Part shown: positions 1-8,745 of the stretch, one piece after another
Layout: the number at the start of each line of letters is the position of its first letter
Position numbering within the stretch: the stretch's first letter is position 1
IMG/VR virus record: IMGVR_UViG_3300031963_000578
Location: 1 to 32,747 of that record
From: a virus
Lineage: Duplodnaviria > Caudoviricetes
DNA length: 32,747 nucleotides
Direction: 5' to 3' (one strand)
Notes under the pieces: generated by a model
Databases searched by the model: none
Told to the model about the DNA's origin: nothing
The model's input: the letters and a program-made list of their open reading frames with translations, nothing else
Program-made: the position numbers and the translations under genes

Positions 1-41
1 CTCGCCGTCTAATCCACGCATACCGATAGGAGCGTTTTACT

Positions 42-1091
42 ATGGCACTTCCAGAGCAAATTCGTAAACAGACCGAGGCAGTTCAAGAACTGTACGCACA
101 ACTCAATGGTGATGGAACCAATGGCGAGGGACAAAATCCGCCCGCCGATGGTGGAACTCCGCCCACTGAAAGTGAAGCTACTAGAACTCCGACCGCCGAC
201 GCAGCCGCTGACACGAACAGTGCTACTCAGTCATCCAGTGTTGAGCACACAAGTGATGACGGAAAAGGCTCAGAAGAAAATCTAACTCAAAAATACCGTA
301 CCCTCCAAGGTATGTATAACGCGGAAGTTCCACGCCTGCATAGTCAGAACAAAGAACTTTCAGGGCGTTTACAGCAAATGGAGCAGTTGCTGGCAACCAT
401 CTCAGCACAACAATCTTCTGCTCGTAACATGGCGCAAACGCAAGTTGACCCACTTGTTACGGATAAAGATGTTGAGGAATATGGAGAATCACTTGACGTG
501 ATGCGTAAAGTATCTCGTGAGGAGCTAATCCCTGTTGCTCAAAAACTTGTGCAAATTGAGCGGATGCTTCAGCAGTTACAGACTAATGTTGTGCCACAGG
601 TTCAAAACCTCGCACATCGTCAGGCTATGACTACTGAACAGCAATTCTGGTCAGATTTGGCAGGACAAGTACCTAATTGGAAAGACATCAACGAAGACCC
701 AGAGTTTCAATCTTGGCTTCTTGAGTTTGACCCAATGTCGGGTATTAGTCGCCAAACTATCCTAGAGGATGCACAACGCAGCCTTGATGTACGTCGAGTT
801 GGTAGTTTCTTTAAGTCTTGGCTTGAGATTACTGGACAAGCCAATGTTGCTCAAAACACCCGCCGGAATGTGTCTGCTTCCGAATTGGAACGCCAAGTTG
901 CCCCCGGTAAAGGGCGCAGCACAGGTAATCCAACTGGAACAAACGCCAAGACATACAGCCCTGATGACATCAAAAACTTCTTTAGTGATGTTCGTCAAGG
1001 TAAGTACAAAGGGCGCGAGGCAGAGCGTGACCGCATTGAACGCGATATTTTCGCTGCACAGCGAGAAAATCGTATAACTGTTAACGCTTGA
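42..1091 (+). CDS. Capsid scaffolding protein (putative)
   Basis: 349 aa, AGGAG at 28-32. Acidic disordered N-terminus, coiled coil (YRTLQGMYNAEVPRL...), basic C-terminal helix. Lies directly upstream of the capsid gene. Confidence 0.75.
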   Translation: MALPEQIRKQTEAVQELYAQLNGDGTNGEGQNPPADGGTPPTESEATRTPTADAAADTNSATQSSSVEHTSDDGKGSEENLTQKYRTLQGMYNAEVPRLHSQNKELSGRLQQMEQLLATISAQQSSARNMAQTQVDPLVTDKDVEEYGESLDVMRKVSREELIPVAQKLVQIERMLQQLQTNVVPQVQNLAHRQAMTTEQQFWSDLAGQVPNWKDINEDPEFQSWLLEFDPMSGISRQTILEDAQRSLDVRRVGSFFKSWLEITGQANVAQNTRRNVSASELERQVAPGKGRSTGNPTGTNAKTYSPDDIKNFFSDVRQGKYKGREAERDRIERDIFAAQRENRITVNA

Positions 1092-1107
1092 TTAGAGGAG
1101 TTTTATC

Positions 1108-2013
1108 ATGGGATTTCCCGTCGCCGCAGGACGCCCGAATTATTCGGGTAACTTCATTCCAGAAATTTGGTCTGGTAAATTAATCGAGAATTTCTACGAT
1201 GCCACCGTGCTCGCAGCAATCTCTAACACTAACTACGAAGGCGAAATTCGCCGCATGGGTGACACGGTTAACATCCGTACCACTCCTGAAATTACTATCA
1301 AGACTTACGTAAAGGGCCAAACCCTAAGCGTTGAGAATCCTGATAAGCCAAAAATCCAGTTGGTCATCGACAAGGGCGAGTACTTTGCCTGTATCGAAGA
1401 TGATGTGGATAAGGTTCAGTCTGACATCAACATGATGGACACTTGGTCTAAAGACGCTTCTGAGCGTATGAAGATTAAGATTGACCAGCGCGTTCTGACA
1501 GATATTCTTCCGGGCATTTCTGCCTTGAACAAAGGTGCATCTGCTGGTCGCATCACTGGCAACATTGACTTGGGTACAACTGGTTCTCCAGTAGCTATCA
1601 CCAAGACTAACGTGCTTGAGTACATCGTTGACATGGGTACTGTGCTTGACGAAGCTAACTGCCCTGAAGGTGACCGCTTCTTGATTATCCCCGCCAAAAT
1701 GGCTGGCATGATTAAAAAGTCTGACCTGAAGGATGCTTCTTTGACTGGCGACAGCGTGTCTGTATTGCGTAACGGTCGTTTGGGTATGATTGACCGCTTT
1801 ACTTTGTACATGAGCCACAATCTGTCCGTGTCTTCCGGTAAGTTCAACCTTATCGCTGGTCATAAGATGGGCTTTACTTTTGCCTCCCAGATGACTGAGA
1901 TGGAATCTATCCGTGCTGAGTCTACTTTCGGTAACGTCATTCGTGGCCTGCAAGTTTATGGCTATCAAGTGGTGAAACCTGAGGCATTGGCTCAAGGCAT
2001 CATTACCATGTAA
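1108..2013 (+). CDS. Major capsid protein, HK97 fold, P22-coat-like
   Basis: 301 aa, GAGGAG RBS. Motifs FIPEIWSGKL, N.NYEGEI..MGDTVNI, R.E..FG..IRGL.VYG..VV.PEAL match those recalled for podovirus capsid proteins. Confidence 0.9.
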   Translation: MGFPVAAGRPNYSGNFIPEIWSGKLIENFYDATVLAAISNTNYEGEIRRMGDTVNIRTTPEITIKTYVKGQTLSVENPDKPKIQLVIDKGEYFACIEDDVDKVQSDINMMDTWSKDASERMKIKIDQRVLTDILPGISALNKGASAGRITGNIDLGTTGSPVAITKTNVLEYIVDMGTVLDEANCPEGDRFLIIPAKMAGMIKKSDLKDASLTGDSVSVLRNGRLGMIDRFTLYMSHNLSVSSGKFNLIAGHKMGFTFASQMTEMESIRAESTFGNVIRGLQVYGYQVVKPEALAQGIITM

Positions 2014-2018
2014 TTAGT

Positions 2019-2049
2019 GGGGGGCTTCGGCCCCCCGTTTCAACTTTTT
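2019..2049 (+). terminator. GC-rich cUUCGg hairpin; probable leaky intrinsic terminator or mRNA stabiliser after the capsid gene
   Basis: GGGGGGC-TTCG-GCCCCCC (2019-2036) followed by GTTTCAACTTTTT. Confidence 0.7.
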
Positions 2050-2061
2050 AGGAGATTTAAA

Positions 2062-2535
2062 ATGGCTACATATACTGACTCGCTAGGCTTTAATAAAGGC
2101 TCGGCTGCGTATCCTGCGGACTCTTTGAACAAGACTGTTCGTGTGGAAATTACCCTCGACTTCCCAGCAATCATTGCTGCACGTTCTGCTGCTGGTGCTA
2201 CTGCACTGGCTGCTTCTGATGTGTTGGAAGTGATTCCTGTACCTGCTGGCACTATCGTGTCTAACGTAGGTATGGTAGTTACTACCGCTGCTGGTGTTAC
2301 TAGCACCATTGCAATCGGTGATGGCTCTGCCACCGCTGGTTACTTGGCTGCAACATCAGCAAATGCAACTGGTACTTCAGGTGGTGTTCCTGTGTTGGCG
2401 TCTGGTGCATTTGCTCCCACTCTGAGTGGTGGTAAGGTGTACGCTGCTGCTGATACCATCGACATCTTGATTGGTACTGCTGTACCAGCCGCTGCTGTTG
2501 TACGTGTCTTCGCATTGTTGACAGATATTAACTAA
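2062..2535 (+). CDS. Capsid decoration/cement protein (putative)
   Basis: ATG at 2062 with AGGAG RBS is preferred over the GTG at 2017, which lies in the hairpin. 157 aa, Ala/Thr/Gly/Val-rich beta protein directly after the capsid gene. Confidence 0.65.
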   Translation: MATYTDSLGFNKGSAAYPADSLNKTVRVEITLDFPAIIAARSAAGATALAASDVLEVIPVPAGTIVSNVGMVVTTAAGVTSTIAIGDGSATAGYLAATSANATGTSGGVPVLASGAFAPTLSGGKVYAAADTIDILIGTAVPAAAVVRVFALLTDIN

Positions 2536-2543
2536 ACGGCAAT

Positions 2544-2568
2544 AGGATGGGGGCTTCGGCCCCCTCCT
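2544..2568 (+). promoter_or_regulatory. cUUCGg hairpin without U-tract, adjacent to the next RBS
   Basis: AGGA-T-GGGGGC-TTCG-GCCCCC-TCCT, with the same core as the 2019 hairpin. Confidence 0.6.
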
Positions 2569-2582
2569 TCTAGGAGAACAAT

Positions 2583-2867
2583 ATGGCACGCGATACAACT
2601 TCAGTACATAGTAATACTGATGCAATACTTCATACTGGGCCTATTAGATTGCTCGGCGTGTTATATACATCTTCTGGTGGGCAGAGCGTAGACCACATTA
2701 AGATATACGATGCACTTTCGGCTACCGGCTCTGTAAAACTAGAGTTAGATACTACCAAGCAAGGTATTGTAGATTTTCCTATTCCTGAGGGTGGGATGAT
2801 TTTTGGTACAGGAATTTATTGTGACATTGGTGGGGCAACATCCATTACAGTTCTTTTGAGAGACTAA
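2583..2867 (+). CDS. Hypothetical small beta-rich virion-module protein
   Basis: 94 aa, AGGAG RBS at 2572-2576, tiles with neighbouring genes. Confidence 0.7.
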   Translation: MARDTTSVHSNTDAILHTGPIRLLGVLYTSSGGQSVDHIKIYDALSATGSVKLELDTTKQGIVDFPIPEGGMIFGTGIYCDIGGATSITVLLRD

Positions 2868-2868
2868 A

Positions 2869-3138
2869 ATGGCTAAGGTCATTAAAAAATCTGAGATGGC
2901 ATGTAACTCCCCAAAAAAGACACCGGGGCATGCTACTAAGTCTCATGTAGTTAAAGCCTGTGCTGGAGGCAAAGAGAAGATTATTCGTTTTGGTCAGCAA
3001 GGTGTAAGCGGCGCTGGGTCTAGCCCAAGCACGCCAAGTGAAAAGGCGCGGCAAAAAAGTTTCAAAGCCCGTCATGCGAAGAACATAGCCAAAGGCAATA
3101 TGTCTGCGGCATACTGGGCGGATAAAGTGAAATGGTAG
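2869..3138 (+). CDS. Small basic hypothetical protein (DUF5754-like)
   Basis: 89 aa, Lys-rich. Motifs K.IRFGQ.G, R..SF.ARH and SA.YWA...W recalled from a phage/large DNA virus family. Confidence 0.7.
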   Translation: MAKVIKKSEMACNSPKKTPGHATKSHVVKACAGGKEKIIRFGQQGVSGAGSSPSTPSEKARQKSFKARHAKNIAKGNMSAAYWADKVKW

Positions 3139-3320
3139 CCAAGACTAAATCCAAAGTAAACGCAGCAGGCAACTACACTAAGCCTGAGTTGCGTAAGCGG
3201 ATTGTGTCGCAGGTTAAAGCTGCGGCGGTTCAAGGTACGGCTGCTGGGCAGTGGTCAGCCCGTAAAGCGCAGTTGGTGGCTAAGAAATACAAAGCGGCTG
3301 GTGGGGGGTACAAAGATTGA
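3132..3320 (+). CDS. Small basic protein resembling the N-half of DUF5872-like proteins
   Basis: 62 aa. YTKPELR..I, GQWSARKAQL and Y..AGGGY motifs. Confidence 0.7.
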   Translation: MVAKTKSKVNAAGNYTKPELRKRIVSQVKAAAVQGTAAGQWSARKAQLVAKKYKAAGGGYKD

Positions 3321-3550
3321 AAGCCTCGCAAAAGTCTCTAAAAGATTGGACGGCGCAAAAGTGGCGTACAAAGAGTGGTAAACCGTCAAGTAAGACTGGT
3401 GAGCGGTATCTACCAGAGGCGGCAATTAAAGCGTTGACCCCCGCAGAGTATGCGGCGACTACTAAAGCAAAGCGTGAAGGTAAGGCAAAAGGTCAACAGT
3501 TTGTAAAACAACCCGCTAAAATAGCGAGCAAGACATCTAAGTACAGATAG
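3317..3550 (+). CDS. Small basic protein resembling the C-half of DUF5872-like proteins
   Basis: 77 aa, TTG start overlapping the upstream TGA (TTGA). SQKSLK.WT...W.TKSG and RYLP..A motifs. Confidence 0.7.
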   Translation: MKASQKSLKDWTAQKWRTKSGKPSSKTGERYLPEAAIKALTPAEYAATTKAKREGKAKGQQFVKQPAKIASKTSKYR

Positions 3551-3559
3551 GAGTTTTAA

Positions 3560-3805
3560 ATGGCGCGATACCTACGAAATAAACAAGATGGTTTTATTTA
3601 CGACTATACTGAACTACTAGCTGAAAACCCACTGGTTGAGGAAGTAACTGAGGAAGAAGCATTTCCTGAAAAATTTATTCCAAAGAAACAAACTGGTCGT
3701 AAAACTGGTTTAAAGTTAGAGACTCCAGCAGAAGAAATTCCAGTTGAACCTCCTGTTGAGAACGCCGAACTTAACGCAGATGCATCTAAGGGATTACCCG
3801 AATGA
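3560..3805 (+). CDS. Acidic hypothetical protein
   Basis: 81 aa, AGGAG RBS, ATGA overlap with the next gene. Confidence 0.7.
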   Translation: MARYLRNKQDGFIYDYTELLAENPLVEEVTEEEAFPEKFIPKKQTGRKTGLKLETPAEEIPVEPPVENAELNADASKGLPE

Positions 3806-4452
3806 TACTCAATGATGTAGTTACAGAGGCCCGCCGTCTTATACAAGACATTAGTACACCACAGCGATATAGTGATGCGGTGCTACTAGGCTTTGCCAAT
3901 CAGGCGCTCAAGCGCATGGCAGTGCTTCGCCCCGACCTCTTTGCCTACATCGGAGAGATTCCTTGTACGGCTGGGACTGTTATTCAGTCGCCGCCGTCTG
4001 ACTCTATTCGTGTTATTGAGATTTTCCAAGTTAAAGACGGCGCAGGTGTCACTGAAGTTGACCGCACTGTTCTTGACCAGACCCTCCCTAACTGGATGAA
4101 CGACACGGCTGCAACCACTGTTAACTGGATGCGGCACGTACGTAACCCAAACAAGTTTTTTATATACCCTAAAGCTCCTGCGTCGTTGATTCTTATTGGG
4201 GAATATGCGCAGACTCCTCCTAATTACACAGGGTCGCAAACTGTAGCTTTGCTACCCGATGCTTTCTTCCCTGTCGTAGTTGACGGGACTGTGTTCCTAG
4301 CTGAGTCGGTTGACAATGAGCATGTAAACTCTAACCGTGCACAGTTGTTCCAGCAGGCGTTTACCCAAGCATTGGGCGTAAGCGCACAGGCAAGAACCTT
4401 GACTGATACAGAAGAAGCGGGTTTACCTAACGAAGCGGTGGTCGCATCATGA
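3802..4452 (+). CDS. Head-tail adaptor protein (DUF6682-like)
   Basis: 216 aa. R..IQD....RYSD..LL.F.N.A......RPD N-terminus and F..YP motif recalled from podovirus adaptors. Position fits. Confidence 0.65.
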   Translation: MILNDVVTEARRLIQDISTPQRYSDAVLLGFANQALKRMAVLRPDLFAYIGEIPCTAGTVIQSPPSDSIRVIEIFQVKDGAGVTEVDRTVLDQTLPNWMNDTAATTVNWMRHVRNPNKFFIYPKAPASLILIGEYAQTPPNYTGSQTVALLPDAFFPVVVDGTVFLAESVDNEHVNSNRAQLFQQAFTQALGVSAQARTLTDTEEAGLPNEAVVAS

Positions 4453-5102
4453 GTACTCGCACATTTCTTTCTTTGGCTAACCGCCTTGCACCTAGCGTGC
4501 CGGGCTGTCCTCAGCCAATCTTAGAGCAATATATTCGTGATGCAGCAATCGAGTGTTGCGAAAAGACGCTTGCATGGCGCTATGAGCAGCCTTCAATCCG
4601 TCTAACACCGGGGGTGTATGAGTACCCCTATAACAACCCATTGCAGACAGAAGTCCATGCTTTTCTGACTGCCGCTGTTAATGGCGCACCTCTTACGCCT
4701 TTAACGCTTGAGAAACTGTATATGCACTACCCCAACTGGCCTGATTTAGACCCAGACCAGAGGGCTGACCCTAGGTATATTTGTCAACTAGACCCTGATA
4801 ATTTTGTACTTGCTCCATTACCTGATGCTTCTGTAGCCTATGACCTTAAGATGATTGCTGTCTTAAAGCCGCTACGCACAGCTACCGGCATGGACAAGTC
4901 AATTATGGATGACCTAGAGAATACGATTATGCATGGTGCGTTGCAGCATTTATTGGTTATGCCGAACAAAAATTGGAGCGACCGTGAATTGGCAACGTAT
5001 CATGCTAAGCAATATATTTCTAAAATAACCGAGCGCAGAGCAAGGGCTAATCTAGGTGCAGCACGTGCCTCGATGAGTGTCCAAATGCGCCCTTTTGCGT
5101 GA
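4449..5102 (+). CDS. Second adaptor / tail tubular-A-like protein
   Basis: 217 aa. VPGCP...IR.AAIE.C..T..W, I..GAL..LL.MP.K.WS motifs. ATGA-coupled to the first adaptor. Confidence 0.6.
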   Translation: MSTRTFLSLANRLAPSVPGCPQPILEQYIRDAAIECCEKTLAWRYEQPSIRLTPGVYEYPYNNPLQTEVHAFLTAAVNGAPLTPLTLEKLYMHYPNWPDLDPDQRADPRYICQLDPDNFVLAPLPDASVAYDLKMIAVLKPLRTATGMDKSIMDDLENTIMHGALQHLLVMPNKNWSDRELATYHAKQYISKITERRARANLGAARASMSVQMRPFA

Positions 5103-5109
5103 GGTTACT

Positions 5110-5445
5110 ATGGCTGTCGATGTCATTCGTTTAGTAGAAGGTGATGAGAGACCAGTCATTGTTCTCACGTTGACCGACGATAATACAGGGTCGCCAATTG
5201 ACTTATCTTTGTCCACCACGGTGGTAACTATTAAGTTTCGTGAGGCTGGTACAACTACGCTGTTGTCAACGATTAGCACTTCAAAATTAAGTGGTGGTAC
5301 AACAGGGCAGGTACAGTTTGACTTTACAGGCGGTGTGCTTAATGTAGACCCCGGCATGTACGAAGGTGAGATTGTCATTAACTTTAACGGGCAAGTCCAG
5401 ACTGTGTATGACACCTTACGCTTTACGGTTAGAGAGAACTTCTAA
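5110..5445 (+). CDS. BppU-N-like fibre anchor domain protein
   Basis: ATG 5110 with GAGG RBS. GD.......L.D..G.PIDLS and G.Y.GE..I......QT motifs, 111 aa. Confidence 0.6.
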   Translation: MAVDVIRLVEGDERPVIVLTLTDDNTGSPIDLSLSTTVVTIKFREAGTTTLLSTISTSKLSGGTTGQVQFDFTGGVLNVDPGMYEGEIVINFNGQVQTVYDTLRFTVRENF

Positions 5446-6938
5446 TGGCTAATATCCGTGCCTCCTATGTTGTTTCGCAAGTACTGTTGGCGACCACTAC
5501 CTCAGTGGTTATCAATATTGCTGCGATTGGCGGAGCCACGGCTACAGCACATGCAACACCCGTAATTAAAGCGTCAGCGTTTGTTGTACCTACCACTGCA
5601 CTGGAGAATGAAATTGTCCAGATGTCGGACTTCCGTGCGCTTAATATTGGGCAAATATCTATTGACGTAGCCACGGCTACGGATGACGTAGCTATCTCAT
5701 TCGATACCTCGTTCACAGACTCTGTGACGATGACGGATGCAGTCAATCGTATGTTCTATGGCAACATAGACTTTGACCCCACCGACCCAGACGCTGACCC
5801 AGACCCAATTAATGTTGCAGACGCAGATGAAAAAGAAGTAGGGAAAACCCTAACTGATACTGCCGAAGCTACTGATGCTGACGTTAAAACTACTGATAAA
5901 GTGTTGTCGGACTCCACATCTAGTGTGGATGACGTAATCAATACTAAAGATATTGGCAAGTCATTGGCTGATGCTGCTACAGCAGCAGACAACATCAACA
6001 CATTTAACACAGACAAAGTTGTTGCTGATAGTGCGACGGCTACAGACGCAGCGGCTAAAGACTTCACACGCCCAGACGTTGTTGATTCGGTAACTACAGC
6101 AGATGATTCTTCACGTCAGCCGGAGTTGGGCAAAACTGAAACAGTAACTGCTTCTGATGCATTTGGCCCATTTGATATAGGGGTAAACCCTAGTGATGCC
6201 GTAACTGCATCTGATGCAGTAGATTCTTTTGCTGTCACGACTGTCTTGGCTGATTCCGTTGAGATAACGGACTTTATTGCTAAGACCCCGGGGTATGAGT
6301 TTGACTTTGACGTAACTGATGCTGACGCTGATGCTGACCCAGTAACCATGACCGAAGTCATGGCGAAAGACTTTACCCGCCCTGACATTACAGATAGTGC
6401 ATCGGCTACGGATGCTATTGCTAATAACCCCGATTTATCAAAAACCGATACTGTTACGGCTACGGATTCTGATGCGAAGTCCTTTGACACCGCACGTACT
6501 GAGTCTGTATCCGCAACAGATGAGGCTGCTATTAGCACAACAAAGGTTCTGACTGACGCTACTACCGGGGCTACAGACGCACTGGTGGTTGAAGTAGGTA
6601 GTGTTTTGGCTGATGCTGTTACTGGTACAGATGCAATCAATACTTTCTCTGTCAGTCAAGTTTTGGCGGATACAGCATCTGTTACTGATAGTCTAATTAC
6701 TACCCTTATACTTGGGCAGTCTACACCGCTCTATGACTTCGCATTTATGTCGGATGACAAGTTTACGTACTTCGCAGTGCCGGGTACGATTAACAGTCAT
6801 CTAATCCACCAACCTGTCGTTAACGGTGAATTTGTACTGACAACTGACCCCAATGCTGGTATCGTATATACCATCCGCACGGAGTCGTACAGTTACATGT
6901 TTGCTGGTTACGGCTTGAACGAAAACCAACTTAACTAA
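5445..6938 (+). CDS. Highly acidic Asp/Thr/Ala-rich repeat protein, probable fibre or shaft
   Basis: 497 aa with many imperfect ~19-aa repeats (K.L.D.VTATD-like). TAATG coupling to the upstream gene. Confidence 0.75.
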   Translation: MANIRASYVVSQVLLATTTSVVINIAAIGGATATAHATPVIKASAFVVPTTALENEIVQMSDFRALNIGQISIDVATATDDVAISFDTSFTDSVTMTDAVNRMFYGNIDFDPTDPDADPDPINVADADEKEVGKTLTDTAEATDADVKTTDKVLSDSTSSVDDVINTKDIGKSLADAATAADNINTFNTDKVVADSATATDAAAKDFTRPDVVDSVTTADDSSRQPELGKTETVTASDAFGPFDIGVNPSDAVTASDAVDSFAVTTVLADSVEITDFIAKTPGYEFDFDVTDADADADPVTMTEVMAKDFTRPDITDSASATDAIANNPDLSKTDTVTATDSDAKSFDTARTESVSATDEAAISTTKVLTDATTGATDALVVEVGSVLADAVTGTDAINTFSVSQVLADTASVTDSLITTLILGQSTPLYDFAFMSDDKFTYFAVPGTINSHLIHQPVVNGEFVLTTDPNAGIVYTIRTESYSYMFAGYGLNENQLN

Positions 6939-6947
6939 GGAGTAATC

Positions 6948-7388
6948 ATGCTTCACGATACCATTAAAATGACTGGCGACCTGAAGATTGTTCTAACAGA
7001 CGAAAACGGTCAAATTAAACATGAGCAAGAAATTAAAAACCTAGTCGTCACGACTGGTAAAAACTTCATTGCATCCCGCATGAAGGATGCTACAGCAACA
7101 GCTATGACCCACATGGCTATTGGTTCTGGTACTACGGCTGCTGCCGCAGGCGACACTACGCTTGGTACGGAACTTGGTCGTGTTGCATTGACTTCAACTA
7201 CTGTTACTACCAACAACGTGGCATATGTTGCTACGTTCCCAGCCGGTACTGGTACTGGTGCAGTAACCGAAGCAGGTTTGTTTAATGCTTCTTCTGCTGG
7301 TACGTTGCTTTGCCGTACAGTGTTCTCAGTCATCAACAAGGGCGCAGCAGATACGCTCGGCATTACTTGGACTGTGACTGTTAACTAA
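6948..7388 (+). CDS. Tail-collar/fibre-attachment-like structural protein
   Basis: 146 aa, AAGGAG RBS. NLVVT.G, MAIGSG, L..EL.R, TEAGLFNA and INK motifs. Confidence 0.6.
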   Translation: MLHDTIKMTGDLKIVLTDENGQIKHEQEIKNLVVTTGKNFIASRMKDATATAMTHMAIGSGTTAAAAGDTTLGTELGRVALTSTTVTTNNVAYVATFPAGTGTGAVTEAGLFNASSAGTLLCRTVFSVINKGAADTLGITWTVTVN

Positions 7389-7399
7389 GGAGTCTGGGA

Positions 7400-7687
7400 A
7401 TGGGTATCAAACTCACAAACAATGCTTTTGCTACGCTTGCGGCGGGTATCAACTCGGCTGCAACAAGCATTACGTTGACAACGGGGCAGGGTGCTCGCTT
7501 CCCAACTTTAGCGGGCGGGGACTACTTTTACGCCACACTGGTTGACACCTCCAACAACTTGGAGATTGTCAAGTGTACGGCTCGTAGTACTGACGTACTG
7601 ACAGTTGTACGTGGACAAGAATCTACAACGGCTCGTGCATATGTTACTGGTGACCGTATTGAGATTCGCTTGACTGCTCAGACCTTT
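7400..7687 (+). repeat. Anchor-domain duplication, copy 1 (copy 2 at 9111-9398)
   Basis: 72/96 identical residues by hand alignment. Confidence 0.9.
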
Positions 7688-8734
7688 ATTGACGCAGTAA
7701 ACGAGATTGGCCCTACTCAGGTATCTGATGAACTTAATAGTTCGACCGGGTATTTTGATTTACCAAGTGGTACAACTGCCGAACGTCCGGGTTCCCCCGG
7801 GACAGGAATGATACGGCACAATAGTACTACTGGATACCCTGAGTGGTACGACGGTACAAATTGGCAAGATATTAGACCTTCAACATACTTTGTAGAGTAT
7901 CTTGTTATTGCTGGTGGCGGCGGAGGCGGCGCGGCAAGGTCTTCTGTAAGTTACGCTTCTGGCGGCGGCGGTGGCGCAGGCGGGTATCGTTCGTCTGTTG
8001 CTGGGCAGTCTTCTGGCGGCGGTGGCAGTGCTGAATCGCAATTTCTGGCAACACAAGCAACTATGTACACAGTTACCGTTGGCGCTGGCGGCGCTGGCGG
8101 CGCTCCCGGTGTTGATAGCGGGACAAACGGCGCTAATTCTGTATTTGCAACAATTACTTCTGTTGGTGGTGGTGCGGGTAGTGGATACCCAGTGGCAGGC
8201 GTTGCTGGCGGCTCAGGGGGCGGTGCTGGTGGTGCTGCTGGAACCCAACCGGGCGGTGCTGGGACTTCTAACCAAGGATATGCTGGTGGTAACGGATTAA
8301 ACGCCCCAAATTATGGAGCTGGCGGCGGCGGCGGAGCTGGGGCTGTAGGCGGAAATGGAACAACTAACGTAGGTGGCAACGGTGGTGCAGGTGTTTCTTC
8401 AAACATTACTGGCTCCGCCGTAACTCGTGCAGGCGGTGGCGGCGGCGGTGTTTACACAAGCTCAGGCACGCCGGGTACGGGTGGCTCTGGCGGCGGCGGT
8501 AATGCTGGTCAAACATTCCCAAGCAATGGTGTAGCAGCAACCGCAAACACAGGAAGTGGTGGTGGCGGAGCAACCGACAACGCTGCTGATGATGCTGTAT
8601 CTGGTGGTAACGGCGGCTCAGGTATCGTAATTGTTCGTTATCAAGGCGCTCAGCGTGGGTCTGGTGGCACTGTTACATCGTCTGGCGGATACACCATCCA
8701 CACATTTACATCGTCTGGCACGTATACAGCATAA
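7400..8734 (+). CDS. Tail fibre/receptor-binding protein 1 (anchor domain + linker + Gly-rich domain)
   Basis: 444 aa, AAGGAG RBS. LPSGTTAERP...GMIR.N linker, then an EYLVIAGGGGGG...GGSGIVIVRY Gly-rich domain. Confidence 0.75.
   Translation: MGIKLTNNAFATLAAGINSAATSITLTTGQGARFPTLAGGDYFYATLVDTSNNLEIVKCTARSTDVLTVVRGQESTTARAYVTGDRIEIRLTAQTFIDAVNEIGPTQVSDELNSSTGYFDLPSGTTAERPGSPGTGMIRHNSTTGYPEWYDGTNWQDIRPSTYFVEYLVIAGGGGGGAARSSVSYASGGGGGAGGYRSSVAGQSSGGGGSAESQFLATQATMYTVTVGAGGAGGAPGVDSGTNGANSVFATITSVGGGAGSGYPVAGVAGGSGGGAGGAAGTQPGGAGTSNQGYAGGNGLNAPNYGAGGGGGAGAVGGNGTTNVGGNGGAGVSSNITGSAVTRAGGGGGGVYTSSGTPGTGGSGGGGNAGQTFPSNGVAATANTGSGGGGATDNAADDAVSGGNGGSGIVIVRYQGAQRGSGGTVTSSGGYTIHTFTSSGTYTA
7895..7931 (+). 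repeat. 37-bp perfect direct repeat, copy 1
   Basis: GAGTATCTTGTTATTGCTGGTGGCGGCGGAGGCGGCG, identical to 9908-9944. Confidence 0.9.
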
Positions 8735-8745
8735 GGAGAATTTGA

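Noticed and set aside
106-285. 59-aa +1-frame ORF (MVMEPMARDK...) inside the scaffold's disordered N-terminus
   Set aside because: No SD, no recognisable motif, and the L/V/M/P-rich composition expected of a shadow frame.
1324-1995. Long antisense ORFs over the capsid gene, and similar ones at 6116-6640, 20084-20653 and 23446-23955
   Set aside because: They mirror well-supported + strand genes and are explained by codon bias. No RBS or protein-like features were seen.
2014-2024. TTAGTGGGGGG shared with 32530-32540
   Set aside because: Low-complexity 11-mer in opposite transcriptional orientations with only two copies, so chance cannot be excluded.
2017-2061. GTG-start extension of the decoration gene; likewise the 5077 and 12870 starts
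   Set aside because: Downstream ATGs at 2062 and 5110 have proper RBSs, and the ATG at 12879 follows the upstream stop directly. The extensions run through a hairpin or the upstream gene.
7900-8640. GGC/GGT tandem runs resembling microsatellites or an array
   Set aside because: They encode poly-Gly tracts. There is no repeat-spacer periodicity, so this is not CRISPR.
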